Shown here: in pieces, positions 8,427 to 15,987 of the stretch
Layout of the letters: each line of letters opens with the position of its first letter
Position numbering within the stretch: the first letter of the stretch is position 1
Assembly (NCBI GenBank): GCA_024400395.1
Contig: JAKSMW010000004.1
Span: 34,467 to 98,466 of the forward strand
Direction: 5' to 3'
Length of the DNA: 64,000 nt
Source of the DNA: Bacteroidales bacterium
GTDB taxonomy: Bacteria; Bacteroidota; Bacteroidia; Bacteroidales; F082
The notes under the pieces: generated by a model
What the model saw: only the letters and a program-made list of their open reading frames with translations
Databases searched by the model: none
Told to the model about the DNA's origin: nothing
Position numbers and translations under genes: made by a program

Positions 8427-9329
8427 ATGGAAATCAAAAATTATTACGGAAAGGTAATTTTATTCGGCGAATATTCAATGATTTACGGCTCATCGGCACT
8501 TTTGATGCCCTTGTATTCCGGTTCGGCTCATTGGGATTATACTTGGCGAAATCCTGGGAAAAAGAATTATGCCTCAAATAGAAATTTGCAAGTCTTTGCA
8601 AAATATCTTATTGAGAATGAATATTTTAGTGAGCATATCAATATGGCGAAACTAAAGACGGAACTGAAAAAAGGTCTTTTCCTTGACTCAAATATTCCAA
8701 CAGGATATGGTGTCGGAAGCTCCGGTGCTTTTACGGCGGCCGTTTACGACCGTTTTCATAGCGTGCAGATAGACGATTTGATTGAACTTAAGAAGTTTCT
8801 CGGCAAAATGGAAGACTGTTTCCATGGAAGCAGTTCCGGCCTCGACCCTTTGCAATGCTATATTGGAAAACCTTTCATCCTTGATGAGAACATGCATGTG
8901 AATATTCTCGAAAATGATTTTATCCCTGAAAATCTGCATGTTTTCCTCATTGACAGCAAGATTAAGTCAGATACAAAGACATTGGTGCGCTATTTTAAGG
9001 AACAACGTAATAACCCGCGTTTTCTCAAGGCTTACGAAGATTTGTATCTGCCGTTCGTGGGACGCTGCATAAACTCACTCGTTTCCGGAGATGTTGACAA
9101 ATTTTTTGATGATTTGAAGCATCTGTCTTATTATCAGACTGTTCTGTTTGAGCCGATGGTCACGGAAAGGATGAAGCCGTTGTTTTTTGTTAAACGCGAA
9201 AATATGCATTTTCAGATAAAGATATGCGGTTCTGGCGGCGGCGGGTTCTTCCTCGGATTCTCTGACGACAAAGAAGAAACCGAACGCTTCATGAACGCAA
9301 ACGGTTTCTCCATAACTTGGGTGAAATAA
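8427..9329 (+). CDS. mvk: Mevalonate kinase (GHMP kinase family)
   Basis: GKVILFGEYSMIYGSSAL N-terminal motif and the GHMP ATP-binding motif NIPTGYGVGSSGAFTAAV. The gene starts 7 nt after mvaD. Confidence 0.7.
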   Translation: MEIKNYYGKVILFGEYSMIYGSSALLMPLYSGSAHWDYTWRNPGKKNYASNRNLQVFAKYLIENEYFSEHINMAKLKTELKKGLFLDSNIPTGYGVGSSGAFTAAVYDRFHSVQIDDLIELKKFLGKMEDCFHGSSSGLDPLQCYIGKPFILDENMHVNILENDFIPENLHVFLIDSKIKSDTKTLVRYFKEQRNNPRFLKAYEDLYLPFVGRCINSLVSGDVDKFFDDLKHLSYYQTVLFEPMVTERMKPLFFVKRENMHFQIKICGSGGGGFFLGFSDDKEETERFMNANGFSITWVK

Positions 9330-9347
9330 ATAACAAATATTTTCTGA

Positions 9348-9377
9348 ATTGTATATTATTGATTAATAATATACAAT
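9348..9377. terminator. AT-only hairpin between convergent mvk and LRR gene
   Basis: 13-bp stem ATTGTATATTATT / AATAATATACAAT with a 4-nt loop. The 3' arm overlaps the last LRR codons. Weak because it lacks G/C pairs. Confidence 0.35.
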
Positions 9378-11897
9378 GTTTATGTCTTTGTGCGTTGACT
9401 TCAATGTCGCAATGTCTTTTTTCTTCACCTTGGTGTTGAATGCCTTGACGTGCTTCAAAGTCTGAATGTTTTGAACAGGCGCCAACGACTTGACTGGTGT
9501 GTTTGCGATGTTCAGTTCCTCGAGTTTGTTGCAATTGACCAGAATCTTGATGTTTTTGACACTTGTGCCAGCAATATTCAGGACCTCAAGTTCATGCATA
9601 TTTTCGAGAATGTTTATGTCGTTGACAAGAGTGTTTTCCAATGCGAGCGATTTCAATGTCGTGACATCAGCGAGCGGAAGAATGTTGTCAATTGCATTTC
9701 CGCTGACACTTAATTCTTCGAGAAGCCGTTTCTCGGCAAGAGGGCTGAGGTCGGTCAGTTGGTTGTCGTTGATTATCAATTTCTTGATGAAATGAAGTTT
9801 TGATAATGCCTCCAAACTTGAAATGGAGTACTTGTCTGAATCAACATTGATTTCTGTGATGTCGGCGACTTGTTGCAGCTGCTCCGGCTTCGGGTTAGAG
9901 TCAACGCTGACATATTCCTTGAAGATCTCGCGCCAGTTATTGTTCAAGGTCTTCCACCAAAGTTCGAGTTTCTTGGTCTGATAAATCACGGTCACATGTG
10001 GCTGTGCTACTTTCAAATTAAACACTGTTGTATCGTTGACTTTGCTGTTTTCTGCCTTGACAACCAATATGTTATTGGCATTTTGCAGTGGAGTGAGATC
10101 CGAAATGGTGGTGTTTTCAATGTTTAATTCCTGCAAGTTTCCGAGGTTTTCAAGAGGCTTAAGGTCTTTGACCTTGGTGTTTTGCATATCAAGTCTTTTC
10201 AGATTCAAGAGACTTTTAAATGACTCAATGTCAATGATTTTTGAATTGGCGATGCTGAGATTTTCGAGGTTCGTCAGTCTGCCGATCGGCGTTGCATCCT
10301 GGATGGCGGGGTCAACTTCCATCGACTTGATTTGAATCAGACTGTGAAGTTCCTCCGGACTCGGGTCGATGCCGATATTTGTCTGCTTCATGAATGCTTT
10401 TTTCCAATAAATCGGGAGATTCTCCCACCAAGTCTTAAGTGTCGCTGTCTCGAAAATGACCATCACGTTGCCATTGGCTTTGTAGAACGCTCCGGCTTTT
10501 TCAGAGTCAACATTTGTGTTGTCGCAATATATCCTCACAAGATGGGGAATGTCTTTCAATGGCATGATGTCGGCAATATCAGTGTTACTGCATTGAATTT
10601 CATTGAGTTGTTGCATATTTGACAAAGACGACAGGTCGGTGACACGGGTGTAGTCGATGTTAAGACCTTGCAGCTCTTCAAGATGCTTGATAGGGTTGAG
10701 GTCGGAGATTGCCGTGTTGCTGATGTTAAGGTAATGCAGTCCTGACGAGATCATCACTGAATCAAGCGACGTGACTTGTGTCCCGGAGATGTCGAGATAT
10801 GTAAGTTGACCGCAATTATTAATAGGTGTCATGTCACTGATTGCGTTGCCCGACAGTGAAAGCGTGTTCAATTGGTTGAAGCATGAAACCGTTTCTACGT
10901 TGGTCAGCTTTGTGTTGTCGGCTCTGAAGGCCGTCATGTCGCTGTTGTATTTCAGGCTTGAGATGTCGTCAATCATTGTGTTGCTAATATTGACGTTCTT
11001 TATTTTGCTGAGGTTTCTGATTGGTGAGATGTCGCTGATGTCAGTGTTCGAGCAATCTAAAACCAAGACGTCCGACATTTCAAGAAGCGGGTCAAGGCTG
11101 TGAATATCAGTGTTGTAGCTTATGTCAATCTCGGTTGTTTTCGACAACGCCGCCAATGCTGAATAAACCGTAGGCATGTCGGCGGCTATTGTTTTTTCAA
11201 CAATTTTGTTGTTGGGAGATATATTTATGACGATTGAATCTAAATAAATGTGATTCAGTTTTTTGATTTCAATAGTGTCGAAAATGAAAATATTTTCGCC
11301 AAAATACTGTTTCCAGGCTAAAGGCATTTGGTTCCACCAGTTTCTAAGTTCTTCTGTTACATTAGGTTTGGTGGTATATATGCTTGCTATTTTAAGTTCT
11401 TTTTTGAAAGGGTCAAGGTTTATTTCCATGAAACGTTTGCGTCGGTCGCTGACTGTGTCGCCGGAAATGTTGTGACCGTTCATTGTCCTCATTGTGGTCA
11501 CGAGGAAATATGTGTTGTTGCTGTCGTTGGTTTTCGCTTCGATTTTTTCAATTTTGAACGAAAACTTTATGTCTTTGAAAAAGAAATCGATGTCCTTGAG
11601 ATACGCCTGGATGTCTTTGTTTATTGATGTCCTGCGGTTTTGGTCAAGGTCGTCTTCAATCTGGACGTCTTCGTCCTTGAATATTTTCAGATAGCTTTCG
11701 CGGAAGATGATGTCTTTTTCCTGTGTTGTGTTTTCCGGGTCGCCGATGAAGGTGAAGGTGTCTTCAAGATATTTCACCATCACGTTGATCTGTTCCTTGT
11801 ATTCTTGCAGGCTTTTGTCCGGCTGGCTTCCTTTTTTCTGTGAGAAAGCGTTGACACACAGAAACATGACTGCGGAAAACAATAAAATCCTCTTCAT
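9363..11897 (-). CDS. Secreted leucine-rich-repeat (internalin-like LRR) protein, three LRR blocks
   Basis: 844 aa with signal peptide MKRILLFSAVMFLCVNAFSQ. It has dozens of ~22-aa L..L..L.(I/L)..T.I.D(I/L).P(L/I) repeats. Three WW-containing linkers separate them: ELRNWWNQMPLAWKQYF, LKTWWENLPIYWKKAF, LELWWKTLNNNWREIF. Confidence 0.85.
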   Translation of the reverse strand: MKRILLFSAVMFLCVNAFSQKKGSQPDKSLQEYKEQINVMVKYLEDTFTFIGDPENTTQEKDIIFRESYLKIFKDEDVQIEDDLDQNRRTSINKDIQAYLKDIDFFFKDIKFSFKIEKIEAKTNDSNNTYFLVTTMRTMNGHNISGDTVSDRRKRFMEINLDPFKKELKIASIYTTKPNVTEELRNWWNQMPLAWKQYFGENIFIFDTIEIKKLNHIYLDSIVINISPNNKIVEKTIAADMPTVYSALAALSKTTEIDISYNTDIHSLDPLLEMSDVLVLDCSNTDISDISPIRNLSKIKNVNISNTMIDDISSLKYNSDMTAFRADNTKLTNVETVSCFNQLNTLSLSGNAISDMTPINNCGQLTYLDISGTQVTSLDSVMISSGLHYLNISNTAISDLNPIKHLEELQGLNIDYTRVTDLSSLSNMQQLNEIQCSNTDIADIMPLKDIPHLVRIYCDNTNVDSEKAGAFYKANGNVMVIFETATLKTWWENLPIYWKKAFMKQTNIGIDPSPEELHSLIQIKSMEVDPAIQDATPIGRLTNLENLSIANSKIIDIESFKSLLNLKRLDMQNTKVKDLKPLENLGNLQELNIENTTISDLTPLQNANNILVVKAENSKVNDTTVFNLKVAQPHVTVIYQTKKLELWWKTLNNNWREIFKEYVSVDSNPKPEQLQQVADITEINVDSDKYSISSLEALSKLHFIKKLIINDNQLTDLSPLAEKRLLEELSVSGNAIDNILPLADVTTLKSLALENTLVNDINILENMHELEVLNIAGTSVKNIKILVNCNKLEELNIANTPVKSLAPVQNIQTLKHVKAFNTKVKKKDIATLKSTHKDINIVYY

Positions 11898-11912
11898 TTT
11901 TATAAGTTTTGC

Positions 11913-12767
11913 CTATTGGCGGTTGGGTTGATAAATTTTTAAAAGTGTTTCTTTTTCAGTCTCATCGAGATAAATCAGGTTGGATATCAGCCAGCCGGAG
12001 TTATATCCGGTGCGGTTGAACCATGAAACTTCAAAGTACCAGTCGTTTATTTGGAAAATATGGAACTTGACCTTGTCAACGCTGTCGAAGACGAGGTTGC
12101 CAAGTTTTATCTCATAGAAGAACAGTGTGAGATAATCCGGCTGGTATTTGGTAGATGCGTAATACTCAATGATTTGCGGGTCTTTAAAGGCCTTGTATAT
12201 GTTCATGAAATCGAGTTCGTGACTCATCGGGTGCAGGAAATGTTTCTCTCTTTCCGCGAGTTCGCCTTGTGGGAACATTTGCTGGAATTCATTGAAGAAC
12301 ACATTGGAAATCACCCATTTGGAGCCGAGTCCTTCTTTTTCGATGGCCATTATCATGCTGATGTCAACGGGTTGGCCTTTCCAGATGAATTTGGCCGACA
12401 CTTCAGCGAACCATCTTCCGCCGAGGAACTCGAGGTTTTGTGCGTTTTTCTTGGTCAGGTCCTCGATGAAATAATCGCGGAGACTGCCTGCCGTTCTTGG
12501 ATTGTCCATGTCAAACAACAACGGCAGGACGGTCTTGCGCTTATCTGCATTGTGGTAATCGGGACTTTTTGGGTCAATTTTAGTGCCGTATTGGTCTTCC
12601 TCATAGTTGAAACGGCTGATGAACTGACTCATTTGCTTCGTCATCGTGTAAAGTGCGGTTTCATCCATCTGGAAATCGCCAAGACTGCCTGCAATTACTT
12701 GAGCGTCAACTTTATAGAATGATGCCAATAATATTAAGAACCAAAAAAATCTCGAAAATGCTTTCAT
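11913..12767 (-). CDS. Secreted hypothetical protein (operon member)
   Basis: 284 aa with signal peptide MKAFSRFFWFLILLASFYKVDAQ. It shares base 12767 with the upstream gene's stop codon. No family recognised. Confidence 0.7.
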   Translation of the reverse strand: MKAFSRFFWFLILLASFYKVDAQVIAGSLGDFQMDETALYTMTKQMSQFISRFNYEEDQYGTKIDPKSPDYHNADKRKTVLPLLFDMDNPRTAGSLRDYFIEDLTKKNAQNLEFLGGRWFAEVSAKFIWKGQPVDISMIMAIEKEGLGSKWVISNVFFNEFQQMFPQGELAEREKHFLHPMSHELDFMNIYKAFKDPQIIEYYASTKYQPDYLTLFFYEIKLGNLVFDSVDKVKFHIFQINDWYFEVSWFNRTGYNSGWLISNLIYLDETEKETLLKIYQPNRQ

Positions 12768-13351
12768 TATTTCAATGCTGTTTCTTTAACTCTCATGTCG
12801 CCGAGCATAACATCCCAGAAGCCGATGAGACGGCCGCCGATCTGTGCCTCTTTGCGTTTCACATAAACTGTCACGTCTTTCTTTGTCGTGTCCTGATAAA
12901 CGAGTCTGCCTTCTGCGTCATAGCCTTTGAATGTCTGGAAGACTGTGATCACGCCGACGTATGTGCCGTCCGGCTGACGCTGTAAATCAGATACATACTG
13001 AATCTTGTACCAATCAATTTCAACGCGGTCGTAGTTGAGGCGCATCAATCTTTCAAGGTACTGACGTACTTTGTAATACTCAATCTTTGTCTTCGCGAGT
13101 GATGAAACACCGATTTCCGCGTCTGGTGCGAAAAGTTCTTCAGCGCGGTCGATGACTCTGTTGGCTTCACTCCAAGGAGTGTCTTTTGAACCGACGATTT
13201 TCACGTATTTCGACAAATCGCGGACTTTTTCGAGTGCGAGGCTGTCGATGTCATGCTTGCGCTCTGGTGTCAATTCTGGTTCCTGTGCGAATGACTGGAA
13301 ACCTGTAAGTGCAAAAAATGCAAATGCTAATGCAAATAATATCTTCTTCAT
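12767..13351 (-). CDS. Secreted hypothetical protein (operon member)
   Basis: 194 aa with signal peptide MKKILFALAFAFFALTGFQSFAQ. It starts 8 nt after the upstream gene. Confidence 0.7.
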   Translation of the reverse strand: MKKILFALAFAFFALTGFQSFAQEPELTPERKHDIDSLALEKVRDLSKYVKIVGSKDTPWSEANRVIDRAEELFAPDAEIGVSSLAKTKIEYYKVRQYLERLMRLNYDRVEIDWYKIQYVSDLQRQPDGTYVGVITVFQTFKGYDAEGRLVYQDTTKKDVTVYVKRKEAQIGGRLIGFWDVMLGDMRVKETALK

Positions 13352-13359
13352 GACTGTAA

Positions 13360-14001
13360 TTATTTAACAACTTTTAATTCAAGTTCAGAGATTTTTCCGT
13401 TTTCCATTTTGACGTTGTTGACTTTCACGCCGACCTTCTTCTGGTCTTTGATGTAGTTGAGGTACTTCTCGGCAGTGGTCGGTTTGTCATAGTCACCGTA
13501 GTTGTTGATGAGGATGAGAACCGGTGTGTCTGCTGAACTGAAGAGTTTGAGTGCCTCGTTGATTGCTCTGTTAGCAACGTTGACGTCTTTTGCGTTTGCA
13601 ATCTGGAGAAGGTAGTCTTCAACGCCTGTCTTCGGCTTGTTCATCTCTTCCAGCTCTCTCAATCTGCGTTCTTCGGCGAGTCTGCGTTCTTCAGCGAGTC
13701 TTGCCTGTTCCGCTTTGCAAGCATCGATTGCAGCCTGCGCCCTGTCAATCATCTCGACAACTTCCGGATTCTTCTTCGTGAAGTCAATCTTCTTGATCTG
13801 ATCAAGACGTGCCTGCTGTTCGTCGCAGCTCCATGCCGTGGTGCCGTCGATGATGGCTGCGAGGTCTTGCTTGGCCTGTTCTACTCTTGCTTTGTACTCT
13901 TTCTTTGACATCTTACCTGATGATTTACAGCTGGTTGCACCAACAAGAGTAACGAGCGCAACCATGGCAATAACCAGGATGTTTTTAATAACGTTTTTCA
14001 T
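13360..14001 (-). CDS. Hypothetical lipoprotein with central coiled coil (operon member)
   Basis: 213 aa. Lipobox LVGATSC. Coiled-coil stretch AEQARLAEERRLAEERRLRELEE, encoded by a duplicated 15-nt unit. Confidence 0.7.
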   Translation of the reverse strand: MKNVIKNILVIAMVALVTLVGATSCKSSGKMSKKEYKARVEQAKQDLAAIIDGTTAWSCDEQQARLDQIKKIDFTKKNPEVVEMIDRAQAAIDACKAEQARLAEERRLAEERRLRELEEMNKPKTGVEDYLLQIANAKDVNVANRAINEALKLFSSADTPVLILINNYGDYDKPTTAEKYLNYIKDQKKVGVKVNNVKMENGKISELELKVVK

Positions 14002-14058
14002 TTTGTATAAAATTAATAGTTTAAAATTTTATTTTTTTTGTTTGATTTATTAAAAATG

Positions 14059-14066
14059 CAAAATTA
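14059..14066 (-). promoter_or_regulatory. -7 promoter box TAATTTTG
   Basis: Exact match on the minus strand, 57 nt before ATG 14001 (4-gene operon). Confidence 0.5.
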
Positions 14067-14126
14067 TAAATTTTTCTTAAACAAAACCTCAATATTTCAA
14101 GAATATTTTGCAATTTTGAAGCCGAA

Positions 14127-15842
14127 ATGAAACACTATAATATTCCAATATTTTTACCCGAATTGGCATGTCCTTACCGATGTGTCTATTGTAATCAATT
14201 TAGCATTACCGGAAAGCAGCATCTTCCTGATATTCAAGATGTTAAAAATATTATTGAAAAACATTTGAACTCTTTTCAAAAAGATGAGAGGTTTGTTGAG
14301 GTCGCGTTTTTCGGAGGAAATTTCACAGGCCTTCCTGAAAAAATGCAGGATGATTTTCTGAAAACAGTGCAGCCTTATTTGGGAAAAGGTCTCGTTGACG
14401 GCATCAGATGCAGCACACGCCCTGACTATATCGACGAAAAACGTGTGAAAATCCTGAAGTCTTTCGGGATGAAAAACATTGAATTGGGTGCGCAGACCAC
14501 AAACGATGAAATTTTGTCAAAGTGCGGACGAGGACATACATTTAAAGATATTGAATTGGCATCGCAAATTATTGTGAATCAGGGGATAACACTCGGACTT
14601 CAAATGATGATTGGTCTGCCTTTCGACACTTTTGAAAACGACTTGCAGACCGCCCGCGACATCGTAAGGCTTGGCGCGAAAGAAACACGTATTTATCCTT
14701 GTATCGTGGTGAAAGACACGGAGTTGGAAAGTCTTTTCCGTGAAAAGAAATATGTCCCGCTTTCCATTGAAGATGCGGTCGAACAGTCAGCAACATTGTA
14801 CGAGTTTTTTTCAAATAATGGCGTTAAAGTCCTCAGAATCGGGCTTCATACATCCGAAGACCTTGATAATCAGGCGTATGTTGCAGGACCGTACCATAAA
14901 AATTTCGCAGAGATGGTCTTCTCGAAAATTTGGGGAGACAAGATAAAGATTGCAATCGAAAATGTCGAAAAATCACATGATTTTCATTCAGATAATTTGA
15001 AGGTCGGGAAAACAAGCAAATCGTCTGTCATGATTGAAGTTCCTGAAAATCAATTGAATCATGCTATCGGTTACAAGGCGGAAAATAAAAAGCAGCTTGA
15101 AACAATCTATAAATCAGTGATTTATAAATCTCTTGAAAAATCATCATCAATTCCTGAAACCACAATAATCGCAAGTGCGACAATGCCCGCTGAAGCGCGT
15201 GAAAAACTTGAAACTCTCGGAAATGTCGTCTGGCTCGAACCTTCAGATCTTGCGTATCCGTCAATCTCATCACACCCCGACATTTTCTTCTTCTGTGACA
15301 ATGAAAGAAACTGTAAATCAATTATTTACGCAAATAATATACCCGAAGATTGGATTGAGAAACTTGATGTGGAGTTAATAAAAGGTGAAAAAAATATAGG
15401 TGAAAAATATCCGGAGACAGTGCCTTACAACGCAGTCGGTGTCGGCGACATTTTGATTCATAATCTGAAGTTTTCTGATGAAAAATTGTTGACAAAATCA
15501 GTGCAAATCAATGTAAATCAAGGATATACGCGGTGCAACCTTCTGGCGTTAAACGAGACGAATTACATTACTTCTGATTTGGGAATAAAGAAAACGCTTG
15601 AAAAGCACGGTTTCGATGTCTTTTACGTTGATCCTCAACAAATTGTATTGTCAGGCCAGAAATACGGTTTCTTCCCCGGTTGCTGCGGGCTTTCCGGCGA
15701 CAATGTTGTAATTTGCGGTTCGTTGAATCATCTTAAAGAATGTAAGGAACTGAAAAAATTTATAAGACGTAACAAAATGAAAATCATAGAATTATATAAC
15801 GGCAAACCCGTTGATGTCGGAAGTATTTTTTTCATCAAATGA
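14127..15842 (+). CDS. Radical SAM protein (ELP3/COG1243-like N-terminal half) fused to an unassigned ~230-aa C-terminal domain
   Basis: IPIFLPELACPYRCVYCNQ contains the CxxxCxxC cluster motif. TIM-barrel-like region runs to about aa 300. The C-terminal half has SHPDIFFF, GYTRCNLL and FFPGCCGL motifs. Confidence 0.75.
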   Translation: MKHYNIPIFLPELACPYRCVYCNQFSITGKQHLPDIQDVKNIIEKHLNSFQKDERFVEVAFFGGNFTGLPEKMQDDFLKTVQPYLGKGLVDGIRCSTRPDYIDEKRVKILKSFGMKNIELGAQTTNDEILSKCGRGHTFKDIELASQIIVNQGITLGLQMMIGLPFDTFENDLQTARDIVRLGAKETRIYPCIVVKDTELESLFREKKYVPLSIEDAVEQSATLYEFFSNNGVKVLRIGLHTSEDLDNQAYVAGPYHKNFAEMVFSKIWGDKIKIAIENVEKSHDFHSDNLKVGKTSKSSVMIEVPENQLNHAIGYKAENKKQLETIYKSVIYKSLEKSSSIPETTIIASATMPAEAREKLETLGNVVWLEPSDLAYPSISSHPDIFFFCDNERNCKSIIYANNIPEDWIEKLDVELIKGEKNIGEKYPETVPYNAVGVGDILIHNLKFSDEKLLTKSVQINVNQGYTRCNLLALNETNYITSDLGIKKTLEKHGFDVFYVDPQQIVLSGQKYGFFPGCCGLSGDNVVICGSLNHLKECKELKKFIRRNKMKIIELYNGKPVDVGSIFFIK

Positions 15843-15845
15843 TTT

Positions 15846-15985
15846 TAAAAACCCGTGCAACTTGTGATAAAAAAACCCGTGCAACTTGTGTCAAAAAACC
15901 CGTGCAACTTGTGTTAAAAAACCTGTGTAACTTATGTTAAAAAACCTGTGTAACTTATGTTAAGAAAACTCGTGTAACTTTGTAT
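15846..15985. repeat. Six tandem 23-24-bp units AAAAACC(C/T)GTG(C/T)AACTT(G/A)TG...
   Basis: Unit cores start at 15852, 15876, 15899, 15922, 15945 and 15969. The array fills the whole spacer between the radical-SAM stop and the U32 start. Confidence 0.9.
15975..15982 (+). promoter_or_regulatory. -7 promoter box TAACTTTG inside the last unit of a tandem array
   Basis: Exact TAnnTTTG, only 5 nt before ATG 15988 (U32 peptidase). This implies a leaderless or near-leaderless mRNA. Confidence 0.45.
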
Positions 15986-15987
15986 CC

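Noticed and set aside
12051-12722. 223-aa plus-strand ORF. Other long antisense ORFs are of the same kind: 21646-22386, 22827-23441, 20638-21135, 52473-52943, 57542-58234, 60905-61396, 61387-61956.
   Set aside because: They are shadow ORFs fully embedded opposite well-supported genes (operon protein, pfkA, rodA, aspS, yfhO, hypB, atpA). Their translations are low-complexity and carry no motifs.
15846-15985. Possibility that the tandem arrays here, at 19325-19486 and at 45461-45632 are small CRISPR arrays.
   Set aside because: The units are directly abutting, with no unique spacers between them. Unit lengths and degeneracy do not fit CRISPR repeats, and no cas genes are in the window.
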